From an uncultured Acidimicrobiaceae bacterium (lineage in GTDB: Bacteria > Actinomycetota > Acidimicrobiia > Acidimicrobiales > Bog-793), in assembly GCA_964485645.1 (NCBI GenBank), contig CAZAMA010000007.1, positions 1-52,159 of the forward strand: a stretch of 52,159 nt of DNA. Direction: 5' to 3'. The position numbers were made by a program, and so were the translations under genes. Within the stretch, counting starts at the first letter, position 1. Each line of letters opens with the position of its first letter. Below the pieces are notes generated by a model. The model saw only the letters and a list, made by a program, of their open reading frames with translations. It was not told the DNA's origin and made no database searches. Below are positions 18,218 to 26,376 of this stretch, piece by piece.

Positions 18218-18237
18218 GCAACTTGCGCGCATATACG

Positions 18238-18251
18238 ATTGTCCGTACAAT
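18238..18251. promoter_or_regulatory. 14-nt near-palindrome ATTGTccgtACAAT upstream of the TauE-like gene
   Basis: Read directly. The arms ATTGT/ACAAT are perfect. It lies 27 nt upstream of the ATG at 18278. Confidence 0.3.
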
Positions 18252-18277
18252 AGGGGCATGTACACCGGTGGCCCCAG

Positions 18278-19117
18278 ATGACTCCTCTCACTTTCGTGAT
18301 CTCTCTCGCCCTCATATCGGTCGCCGCGGGCGTTCTCGGCTCGCTCGTCGGACTCGGTGGCGGAGTCGTGATCGTCCCAGTTCTCACGATCCTCTACCAC
18401 ATCGACATCAGGCTGGCGATCGGGGCGAGCATCGTCTCGGTCATCGCCACCTCGAGCGGGGCGGCGGCGGCTTATGTTCGGGAGAAGATGACCAACCTGC
18501 GGGCTGGCATGTTTCTCGAGATAGCCACGACAACCGGCGCGGTGAGTGGCGCATATCTCACGACTGTCCTTCCCACGCGGACGCTGTTCGCGCTTTTCGG
18601 CGTCGTGATCGGCTACTCGGCCCTCGCCACTTTTCGCAAGCGCCACAAGGCCGAGCCGCTAGAGGTCTCGAACGACAGGATCGCCAACTACTTCGACCTG
18701 CACGGCTCGTACTACGACCAGGCCGAGAAGAGGGAGATCTCCTACAAGGTCGTCGGTACCAAGCCGGGCCTCGCCCTCATGTACGTCGCTGGTCTCGTGA
18801 GCGCTCTTCTCGGCATCGGCTCGGGGGCCCTGAAGGTGCCGGCGATGGACGTCGCGATGCACCTTCCGATGAAAGTGTCGTCGGCGACGAGCAACTTCAT
18901 GATCGGCGTGACGGCCGCCGCGAGTGCGGGCGTCTACTTCGCCAGGGGCCAGATCGACCCCGTCATAGCCGCCCCGGTAGCAGCCGGCGTGCTGCTCGGA
19001 GCCACCTTCGGCGCGAAGGTGCTGGGTCGGGTGACGAGCAAATCTGTGAGACTGGTCTTCGTGGTCGTCCTCGGCGTCATCGCGCTCGAGATGCTGCAAA
19101 AGGGGATAGTGCCATGA
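18278..19117 (+). CDS. TauE/SafE-family (DUF81) anion exporter membrane protein
   Basis: Internally duplicated membrane protein of about 8 TM spans, with GxGGG motifs (LVGLGGGVVIVP; LLGIGSGALKVP). Confidence 0.85.
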   Translation: MTPLTFVISLALISVAAGVLGSLVGLGGGVVIVPVLTILYHIDIRLAIGASIVSVIATSSGAAAAYVREKMTNLRAGMFLEIATTTGAVSGAYLTTVLPTRTLFALFGVVIGYSALATFRKRHKAEPLEVSNDRIANYFDLHGSYYDQAEKREISYKVVGTKPGLALMYVAGLVSALLGIGSGALKVPAMDVAMHLPMKVSSATSNFMIGVTAAASAGVYFARGQIDPVIAAPVAAGVLLGATFGAKVLGRVTSKSVRLVFVVVLGVIALEMLQKGIVP

Positions 19118-19572
19118 CCCAGGTCCCAGGCATACACCGTCACGGCAAGCGCGCTTTCACCGCGGCAGAGCGAGCGGCGATCGATGACAAGGTCCGCAAG
19201 ACTGAGATCGCCATCAGCCTTGTGCTACGTATAGGCGTATCGATCAGCGTCGTCGTCATCGCCATCGGACTGGGACTTATGTTTGCTCACCACAGCGGCT
19301 ACTCGAGCTTCACTGGAAGCACCTCGTACCACCAGCTCACCTCGTCGAGCACGTCGTTCCCACATTCTTTCGGGGCTCTTGGCCGGTCCCTCGCCAAGGG
19401 GCAGGGCAGGGGGGTCGTCGTGCTCGGTGTGCTCCTTCTCATCCTCACCCCGATACTTCGAGTCGCGGTAGGCGTCCTGTCATTCATGTACGAGAAGGAT
19501 GCTCCGATGACGGTTGTCACTCTCTACGTGCTCGCCGTCCTCATCGCCTCGTTCTTCCTCGCCGGAGCCTGA
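19114..19572 (+). CDS. DUF1634-like membrane protein (usual TauE partner)
   Basis: ATGA overlap with the TauE-like gene. Hydrophobic spans and a size typical of DUF1634. It is embedded in the longer artefactual ORF 18193..19572. Confidence 0.7.
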   Translation: MTQVPGIHRHGKRAFTAAERAAIDDKVRKTEIAISLVLRIGVSISVVVIAIGLGLMFAHHSGYSSFTGSTSYHQLTSSSTSFPHSFGALGRSLAKGQGRGVVVLGVLLLILTPILRVAVGVLSFMYEKDAPMTVVTLYVLAVLIASFFLAGA

Positions 19573-19576
19573 GATT

Positions 19577-20314
19577 GTGGTTGCCCTCGACCGGCGAAGC
19601 CCGCTGCCTCTTTGGGCACAGCTCGTCGATGACCTGCGACACAGGGTTGCCGCGAGCGAGTTCGACGGACACTTCCCGACCGATGCTGAGCTCTCCAAGA
19701 GCTACGACGTGAGCCGCCACACCGTGAGAGAGGCCGTCCGTCATCTCGAGGCGGAGAACCTCATCGTGCGCGGACGTGGGCGCCTCACGGTCGTCCAGCC
19801 GTTGCTGGAGCAGCCGCTCGACTCCCTCTACAGCTTTTCCTCCTCCCTCAGAGCCCAGGGCCTCTCGGAGCGCAGCACTGTCCGGGTCTGCGAGCGCCGC
19901 CGCGCGCCCGCCGAAGCTGCCGAGGAGCTTGGAGTTGGCGAAGGCACCGAAGTCCTATATCTCGAGAGGGTTCGCCTCGCTGACGACGAGCCGATGGCCT
20001 GGGATCGATCGTGGCTGCCGATCGAGCGAGCTGAATGTCTGCTCGGACTCGATCTCTCGGGTGGTGGCCTCTACGAGGCGCTTGCGACGCACTGCGGACT
20101 GCGCGTCACTGGCGGCTGGGAGCGGATCCGGCCGGTGATCCCGCGAAGCGAGGAGCGCCGCCTGCTGGCGATGCCGGCCGAAGTTGCGGCGTTCTCGATC
20201 GAGCGGCTCGTCGTAGCCGACGAGTACCGTGTCGAGTGGCGACGCAGCCTGATCCGCGGCGACCGCTACCGGCTGAGCGTCCAGTGGCCCGCGGGGGTCC
20301 CTACAAGGCTCTAG
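19577..20314 (+). CDS. GntR-family regulator, HutC/UTRA subfamily
   Basis: HTH ELSKSYDVSRHTVREAVRHLEAENLIVRGRGRLTVV and a C-terminal UTRA-like domain. GTG at 19577 lies just after the upstream stop. Confidence 0.8.
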   Translation: MVALDRRSPLPLWAQLVDDLRHRVAASEFDGHFPTDAELSKSYDVSRHTVREAVRHLEAENLIVRGRGRLTVVQPLLEQPLDSLYSFSSSLRAQGLSERSTVRVCERRRAPAEAAEELGVGEGTEVLYLERVRLADDEPMAWDRSWLPIERAECLLGLDLSGGGLYEALATHCGLRVTGGWERIRPVIPRSEERRLLAMPAEVAAFSIERLVVADEYRVEWRRSLIRGDRYRLSVQWPAGVPTRL

Positions 20315-21212
20315 GCGGGTCCGTGGCACACGCGAGCTGGACGAAGCGGTTGGCCGCGGGCGTAAGCGGGCCTTCCCGGTGGACCAGGACGACATCTCGG
20401 CTCCGTCGGGGCACTGGCTCAACGATGGTGCAACCGAGTCGCTCGGCCAGCTCGGCGAGAGGACGGGGCAGGAGTCCGATGCCCGCGCCGGCGAGGATGA
20501 GAGGCAGGATCGCCTCCCGCTGGCTAGCTTCAACTCCGAGGTGAGGCGAGATACCGGTGCCCCGGAATGCCTCCTCGAGCAGGGTGCGGCTCGAAGTGCC
20601 TGGCGGAGGTGCGACGACAGGGACGCCGTCGAGGTCTTCGAGACGGAGGTGGCCAGCGAGGGCGGAGTGTCGAAGGCCCGCATCCTTGGGACCCCTGCCG
20701 GGTGGGAAGACGACGAGGAAGTCCTGGCGCCCGAGATCGTGGGAGACGAGCCCCGTAGCCGGGCGGTCGTCGACGATCCCCAGCTCGGATCTCCCAGAGC
20801 GGACCAAGTCGTGCAGTGCGAAGGTGTCCTCCGGCGCTGCGAGCCGCACGACGATGCCCGGGTGCGCACGGCGGAACGCCCCGATCAGTGGTGCAAGAGG
20901 CGCAGCCGCCAGGGTCGGCAGGCAGGCTACGTCCAGCTCGCCGGCTTCGAGTCCGACGACCTCGCGCACCGCCGTCCCGGCGGCGACGAGGTCACGCTGG
21001 ATACGCCGGGCGGGGGCTACGAGGGCCCTGCCGGCAGCTGTGAGCTCCACGCGACGGCCGACGCGAAGGAACAGTGGCGTGCCCAGCTCCGCCTCGAGCT
21101 GACCGATTGCCTGCGACACGGCCGGTTGGGAGCACAGCAGGACGTCAGCCGCCCGGGTGAAGCCACCCTGCTCGACAACCTCCAGGAAGATCGAAAGCCG
21201 GCGGATATCCAT
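20301..21212 (-). CDS. LysR-family transcriptional regulator
   Basis: MDIRRLSIFLEVVEQGGFTRAADVLLCSQPAVSQAIGQLEAELG HTH. Its 3' end overlaps the GntR gene convergently by 14 nt. Confidence 0.9.
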   Translation of the reverse strand: MDIRRLSIFLEVVEQGGFTRAADVLLCSQPAVSQAIGQLEAELGTPLFLRVGRRVELTAAGRALVAPARRIQRDLVAAGTAVREVVGLEAGELDVACLPTLAAAPLAPLIGAFRRAHPGIVVRLAAPEDTFALHDLVRSGRSELGIVDDRPATGLVSHDLGRQDFLVVFPPGRGPKDAGLRHSALAGHLRLEDLDGVPVVAPPPGTSSRTLLEEAFRGTGISPHLGVEASQREAILPLILAGAGIGLLPRPLAELAERLGCTIVEPVPRRSRDVVLVHREGPLTPAANRFVQLACATDPPRAL

Positions 21213-21286
21213 AATAAGATCGGATCAAGGCTACCTGACGGCTGCTAGCCTGCTTCTCCGGCCCGCGACGGCGAGCAGGTGAGCGC

Positions 21287-22597
21287 TCAGATGTGGCCGA
21301 GCCTCCAGCGCAAGGAGGGCACGGGTAGTGCCCCAGCGGTTTGCAGAGCCGTGCGGCGACGCTCCGACCCAAACGTGAGGGTCACCTCACCCACGTCCTC
21401 GCCGGCCTTGAGCGGTAGGGAGAGGTGGCTCGAGACTCGCACGCTCAGGCGAGCCCGGGCGCTGGCCCAACCGAGGAGCGAGAGCGGCGACGACGTCGTC
21501 AGGGCCACGCTGGCTCCTGCGGCAGATGACAGCGTCGCTACCTTCAGGCCCGCCGGTACGTGCTCCATCTGCAGCACCGACCCGGTTGCAAGGACCAGAT
21601 GCTCTGCGAGCGACAGAGCGGTCGGGAGCGGTGACCCGCCCTGCTGACCTTCGAGCGCGCCGAAGATCGTCACTTTCGCGTGTGCGACATGAGCCTTGGC
21701 CGCGAACACGAAGCACGCGCCGCCCTGTGGCAGCCACCCGGTCTTGATCCCGATGATCCCGTCGGTCCCCAGATCCGCGTTGACGTTGTAGACGACGCCT
21801 GCGACAGGAAGCGTTGCTTGGGGCATCGCCACTATCGACGCGAACGTCGGGTTCCTCATCGCGATCTGGGCAAGGCGAATCTGGTCGGCCGGTGAGGACG
21901 CAGAACCCGGGTTTACGCCGCTCGGACCGGCGTAATGGGTGTGGTGGAGGCCGAGGGCCCGTGCCATGGCGTTCATCTTCGCCACGAAGGCGGCCGTGCT
22001 CCCACTGTCCCAGGTCGCGAGCAGCTGGACGATGTTGTCGCCCGAAGGGATGAGGATGCCCTCGAGGGCCTGGAACTCGGTCAGCTGCTCGCCGTCGCGG
22101 ACTGCCACGACGGAATCCTGCTGGGCACGCTCGGTGTCGTAGGTAGCGACGTCTGCCGGGGTGACCGTGATGGCAGGCCCGCTCGCACCCACCGTCAGGG
22201 GATGGTCGTGCAGGATTACGAGGGTCGACATGATCTTCGTGACGCTTGCGAGCGGTGTCACCAGATTCGCGTTTGAGCTTGCGACCGTACCGACTCCTCC
22301 AACGGCGATGGCGCTATTTACCCCATGGGGGAGTGCAAGTCTGTGCGAGGAGGGCGGGAACGCTACCGTCGTGGCGGAGAGGGACATCGTCGGGGCGGGC
22401 ACGGGCCGTGAGAGGGCAAACGCGACCCAGCCGGCGGCCAGTACGACGACGACCAGGAGCAGGATCCCGGCACTTTTGAGAGCCCTCGACCTGGCTCGCA
22501 CGACGGTCCGCCGCCCATGTGATCTTCGCAAAGGCCGCCTGTCCCTATCTGATGCCGAGGTCGGGCACCAAGACGTGTCCCGACGACGTCGTGGCAC
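21287..22597 (-). CDS. D-alanyl-D-alanine carboxypeptidase (S11 serine peptidase / low-MW PBP) with an N-terminal membrane anchor
   Basis: SxxK (SVTK), an SGDN segment and KTG (IKTGW). An N-terminal TM helix follows an Arg-rich tail. Confidence 0.8.
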   Translation of the reverse strand: MPRRRRDTSWCPTSASDRDRRPLRRSHGRRTVVRARSRALKSAGILLLVVVVLAAGWVAFALSRPVPAPTMSLSATTVAFPPSSHRLALPHGVNSAIAVGGVGTVASSNANLVTPLASVTKIMSTLVILHDHPLTVGASGPAITVTPADVATYDTERAQQDSVVAVRDGEQLTEFQALEGILIPSGDNIVQLLATWDSGSTAAFVAKMNAMARALGLHHTHYAGPSGVNPGSASSPADQIRLAQIAMRNPTFASIVAMPQATLPVAGVVYNVNADLGTDGIIGIKTGWLPQGGACFVFAAKAHVAHAKVTIFGALEGQQGGSPLPTALSLAEHLVLATGSVLQMEHVPAGLKVATLSSAAGASVALTTSSPLSLLGWASARARLSVRVSSHLSLPLKAGEDVGEVTLTFGSERRRTALQTAGALPVPSLRWRLGHI

Positions 22598-22682
22598 CGG
22601 AGCCGAATGGCTCGCTCAATGTCTTGGCTGCCGGCGTCACTTTGCCATGGTCGCCCAGATCGGCTCGAAGGTCCAACAAGGC

Positions 22683-22703
22683 TCACTTCTTAGCCGTAGA
22701 AGT
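22683..22703 (-). terminator. Small hairpin downstream of the 79-aa gene (CACTTCT-7 nt-AGAAGTG)
   Basis: Perfect 7-bp inverted repeat in a low-GC stretch, 33 nt past the stop at 22736. Confidence 0.3.
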
Positions 22704-22735
22704 GTTACTAATACAATCTACCTTCCACCAGTACT

Positions 22736-22975
22736 TCAGGCGGCTACGGTCCGTGACTCGCTCTCGCGGTGGGCCCGGCGAACCCGGTGGCCGCGCGTCG
22801 TGTCGACGAAGCGCTGGTGACTGGCGCATCGCGTCGAGTCGTTGTAGACGGACAGAACAGTGCGACACGACGGCTCGTCGCAGATCCGGCCCGGCATGTA
22901 GGACTTCGACGGTTTGAAGTGCACATCGGCCCGCTGCGCGTGAAGCACTCCTTCGGGCATCCTCACGTCTGCCAT
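22736..22975 (-). CDS. Small (79 aa) Cys/His-containing protein, possible zinc ribbon, function unknown
   Basis: High GC3. GGGAG Shine-Dalgarno about 8 nt upstream of the ATG. Motif C-x4-C-x12-C-x2-H (CDEPSCRTVLSVYNDSTRCASH). Confidence 0.5.
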   Translation of the reverse strand: MADVRMPEGVLHAQRADVHFKPSKSYMPGRICDEPSCRTVLSVYNDSTRCASHQRFVDTTRGHRVRRAHRESESRTVAA

Positions 22976-23192
22976 GTAAGGCTCTCCCTTCTCGTCCCGA
23001 CCGATCCCTGGTGGGCTCGCCTTGAGTCTCCACGTCGACCCGCTCGCCGAGTAGGGCCAAAGGTCAGAATCGTGACTCGGCGCTGGCGCCCCCGCGCGTT
23101 CTGCTCGTACGACGCCGGGGGATCTCGCTCCAATCGGCCGAGCCGCTTATCGTGTCGACGAGGAAAGATGCCGAGAAAGGCGAGGTTCAGCC

Positions 23193-24221
23193 GTGACGTC
23201 AATCGAAGCCGAGGGCCGGCTCAACAACACTCACCGCGCGCTCGAGCGGTGCTGGCACCCTGTCGCGCGCTCCGGGGAGATAGGTGAGCGACCCGCCAGA
23301 GTGCTGCTCCTCGGGAAGCCCTACGTGGCTTTTCGCAGCGAGGGCCAGGTCGTAGCTTTCGCCGACCGGTGCCCGCATCGCCTCGCGCCGCTGTCGCTCG
23401 GCGGCCTCGAAGGGGGCCAGCTGCGCTGTGCCTACCACGGCTGGTGCTTCGACCGAAGCGGACGGTGCGTGGACATCCCTGCGCTCGGCCCTGGCGCTTC
23501 CCTGCCGCCGACCGCCAGACTGCGGGCGCCGGCAGGCGTCCACGAGCGTCTCGGGATGGTCTTCATCGCTCCGCAGGATCCTCTTGTCGAGCTGACCTAT
23601 ATCACAGAGGCGGAGCAGACGGGCTTCGAGATGCTCGAGCTGGCACCGACCGAGGCTCGAGCCGGCGCAGGGCTCATGGCGGACAATTTCCTCGACTTCG
23701 CTCACTTTCCCTTCGTCCACGCCGGCACTTTCGGCACTGACGAATCAAAGGTGCTGGCCCCCTACGAGGTCGAACGTGACGGCTACAGGTTCAAGGTGGT
23801 CTACGAGCATCCTTTCGCGAATCGCGAGGATCCCGGCGTGGCGGCCGGAATCCGCCCTCTTGTCCAGACGAGACGGATGACGTACCTGTACCAGGCCCCC
23901 TTCTTCCTCTCGCTCCGCTTGGAGTTCCTCGAGGCGAGGGGGACGAGCCTCATCGCTTTCTTCATACAGCCTCAGGACGACGAGCACTGCAGGCTCTATA
24001 CGACCTTGTGGCGCGATGATCTCGGGGAGGACGTGGCGGCAAGAGCCGACGCCATCGCTTTCGAGCAGCGAGTCCTGAACGAGGACCTCGTCGTGCAGTC
24101 GCGCTATGACGATCTGTCCCTGCCCCTCGACCTGAGGACCGAAGTGCACACTCGCGCTGACCGCAACACCATGGAGCTTCGCCGTGTCCTGGCCGAGCTA
24201 GTGCTGGCCGCGACCAGCTGA
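23193..24221 (+). CDS. Rieske [2Fe-2S] non-heme-iron oxygenase (VanA/PaO-like single-component alpha type)
   Basis: CPH-x16-CAYH Rieske motif and DNFLDFAHFPFVH iron motif. Confidence 0.85.
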   Translation: MTSIEAEGRLNNTHRALERCWHPVARSGEIGERPARVLLLGKPYVAFRSEGQVVAFADRCPHRLAPLSLGGLEGGQLRCAYHGWCFDRSGRCVDIPALGPGASLPPTARLRAPAGVHERLGMVFIAPQDPLVELTYITEAEQTGFEMLELAPTEARAGAGLMADNFLDFAHFPFVHAGTFGTDESKVLAPYEVERDGYRFKVVYEHPFANREDPGVAAGIRPLVQTRRMTYLYQAPFFLSLRLEFLEARGTSLIAFFIQPQDDEHCRLYTTLWRDDLGEDVAARADAIAFEQRVLNEDLVVQSRYDDLSLPLDLRTEVHTRADRNTMELRRVLAELVLAATS

Positions 24222-24302
24222 GCTGCAGTTGTCCGGCTGTCGCGCCGCCAGGTAGTCGCGCTGGCTGTGCCCGTCGCTCGCGCGCCTATGGGCATTAGAG
24301 AA

Positions 24303-24563
24303 TCAGAAGTAACGCTCGTCCTCGGTCCCGAAGCTGCGAAACGCGATCAGCGTTCTCAGCCCTACGATGCCCTCGAGCAGAGCGATGCGCTGCGTGACGA
24401 CCTCGGCCAGCTCCTCGTGGCTCGCGACGCGAACGACCGCGACGAAGTCTTCGTCTCCTGCTACCGAGTAGGCCGCAACGACTCCCACGACGTCCGCGAG
24501 CGCCCGGCCGAGCCGAGCCAGATGGGCCGGAGCGGCGCTTACGAGGACTATGGCTTCGACCAC
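24303..24563 (-). CDS. Stand-alone Lrp/AsnC ligand-binding (RAM) domain protein with no HTH
   Basis: 86 aa. The beta-alpha-beta-beta-alpha-beta pattern (MVEAIVLVS...VAGDEDFVAVVRVASHEELAEVV...GIVGLRTLIAF) matches the AsnC_trans_reg domain only. Confidence 0.7.
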   Translation of the reverse strand: MVEAIVLVSAAPAHLARLGRALADVVGVVAAYSVAGDEDFVAVVRVASHEELAEVVTQRIALLEGIVGLRTLIAFRSFGTEDERYF

Positions 24564-24787
24564 GTCTGCAGCTTAGGTGTCGCCGTCGCAAGAGTCGGTC
24601 CATGTCGCTCTCATGTCAGAACACCTAGATGGAACAACGAGGTGGTATTCACTAGAGTTTGAGAAAGGGTAGAAGGACTCTAGAGAGGGCGCAGAGCAAC
24701 AGCACATCATTTGATCAGGCAGGTTGGGGGAACTGCGACCTAGCGGACGTGGGCTCCTCTCCCTCTGCCAGAAAGGGAGGTCCGGCG

Positions 24788-26284
24788 ATGGCCGACGGCT
24801 CGGGTGTTGTGACAGGAGGCAGCGGCGGAGGGGGAGGACTCCTCGATCTGGACGCCGCCCCAGTGCCAGAAGAGTACGAGGCCTTCAGGCTGGAGCAGCG
24901 TGGCATCGACCTGATCCCGGAGTCGGACCGCAAGATGCGCCCTTCCGGGCTCTTTTGGATGTGGGCGGGCGCGACCTGGAACGTCGAGTACCTCGTCTAC
25001 GGCGCCCTCGTCCTCTCCTTCGGCCTCTCCTTCTGGCAGGCCGTGCTCGCGATCCTCGTCGGCAACGCCTTCTACGCGTTCCTCGGGTGGGCAAGCATTC
25101 CTGGCCCGCAAACGGGCACGACCGCATTCATGGTGAGCCGAGCCCCCTTCGGCCGCAACGGCAACCGCTTTCCCTCCCTTTTCAACTGGATCACCCAGGT
25201 CGGCTTCGAGATCGAGGGCATCGTCATCATCGTGCTGCTCGTCGAGGCGATGTTCTCGAGAGAAGGTACCGTCCTCGGCACGGCCGGAAAAGTGGTGGTG
25301 ATCATCCTGGCTGTAGCAGTTCAGTTCGTGATGCCGTTCCTCGGTCACGCGACGATCTTGAAAGTCCTGCGCTACCTGTCCTATGTGTTCATCGTCGTCT
25401 TCGTCATCATGGCCATCCTCGTCATCCCGCACGCGCACATAACGAGCTTGCACCAGCACACCTCCTGGTGGATCTGGACCACGGCACTCGTGGTCATAGT
25501 GTCCACCGGCGGGTTGGGCTGGACCGAGAACGCGGCCGACTACTCCCGTTACCTGCCCAAGGACACGCCCAAGAGCAAGACGTTCTGGGCAGCAGTGGGT
25601 GGAGGCGCCATCTCCTCGACGCTCCTCGAGCTCCTCGGAGCCGCGGCATACCTCGTGAGCCCGAAGGTCACCGCCGTGACGGGAGTTCCTTCGTCGTTTG
25701 CGAGCTGGTTCTTCTGGCCCTTCGTGATCCTTGCCCTGCCGCAGCTCTTCTCGATCAACTCGATCGACATGTACTCCTCCGGAGTCACCCTGCAAGCCAT
25801 CGGGCTCAAAGTGAAGCGGTGGCAGGCCGTGCTCATCGACACCGTCGTCGCCGGCGGGGTGACGGCGCTCGTCATCTTCAAGGGCAACTTCTATACGGAC
25901 CTCTCAGGCTTCCTCGACTACATCGTCGTCTGGCTCGGGCCCTGGTTCGGCATCATCATCGTCGACTACCTGCTCCGGCGCGGCCGCTACGACGTCAACT
26001 CGCTGGCCGCGACCCGAGGTGGCGTCTACTGGCGTGACGGCGGCTTCAACTGGAAGGCGCTCTTGTCCCTCGGGCTCGGCATGTTCGCGGCGATGATGTG
26101 GATCGACGCCGCCTTCTACGTGCCGTCCTATACGGGACCGATCTCGAACTCAACGAATGGCGCCGACTTCAGCTGGCTGTTCGGCTTGATCGTGGCCGGC
26201 GTCGTCTACTTCCTGCTGTCGTATTCGAGCGTTCCCAAGGAAGCCTCGGTCAGCTCCGACCGGCTGCAGGCACCCGGCAGTTGA
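24788..26284 (+). CDS. NCS1-family permease (purine-cytosine / hydantoin / allantoin type)
   Basis: 12-TM profile and the ENAADYSRYLP motif typical of CodB/NCS1 proteins. ATG 24788 is preferred over the upstream start of ORF 24659. Confidence 0.85.
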   Translation: MADGSGVVTGGSGGGGGLLDLDAAPVPEEYEAFRLEQRGIDLIPESDRKMRPSGLFWMWAGATWNVEYLVYGALVLSFGLSFWQAVLAILVGNAFYAFLGWASIPGPQTGTTAFMVSRAPFGRNGNRFPSLFNWITQVGFEIEGIVIIVLLVEAMFSREGTVLGTAGKVVVIILAVAVQFVMPFLGHATILKVLRYLSYVFIVVFVIMAILVIPHAHITSLHQHTSWWIWTTALVVIVSTGGLGWTENAADYSRYLPKDTPKSKTFWAAVGGGAISSTLLELLGAAAYLVSPKVTAVTGVPSSFASWFFWPFVILALPQLFSINSIDMYSSGVTLQAIGLKVKRWQAVLIDTVVAGGVTALVIFKGNFYTDLSGFLDYIVVWLGPWFGIIIVDYLLRRGRYDVNSLAATRGGVYWRDGGFNWKALLSLGLGMFAAMMWIDAAFYVPSYTGPISNSTNGADFSWLFGLIVAGVVYFLLSYSSVPKEASVSSDRLQAPGS

Positions 26285-26293
26285 GCGGTCACG

Positions 26294-26336
26294 GACCCCG
26301 GCCAGAGCTGGCGAGAAGCCGGCCCGGGCCGGGGTC
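26294..26336. terminator. GC-rich hairpin (GACCCCGGCC ... GGCCGGGGTC) after the NCS1 gene
   Basis: Perfect 10-bp inverted repeat beginning 10 nt after the stop at 26284. Confidence 0.45.
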
Positions 26337-26350
26337 TCCCCGCTGACCGG

Positions 26351-26376
26351 CCGACAGGCACAATGCTGCCTGTCGG
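26351..26376. terminator. Hairpin CCGACAGGCA-caatgc-TGCCTGTCGG abutting the stop of the PGK-like gene
   Basis: Perfect 10-bp stem with a 6-nt loop, lying between convergent genes. Confidence 0.55.

Noticed and set aside
18193-19572. 459-aa ORF apparently spanning the TauE region.
   Set aside because: Only its last 152 codons (from ATG 19114) look like a real membrane protein (DUF1634-like). The upstream part is out of frame with the clearly genuine TauE-like gene and is Arg-rich.
21213-21286. Possible LysR T-N11-A box (GATCgGATC region) upstream of the LysR gene.
   Set aside because: The element is short and ambiguous. There is no divergently transcribed target gene: the upstream neighbour is the 3' end of the DD-carboxypeptidase gene on the same strand. 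I could not support a regulatory call.
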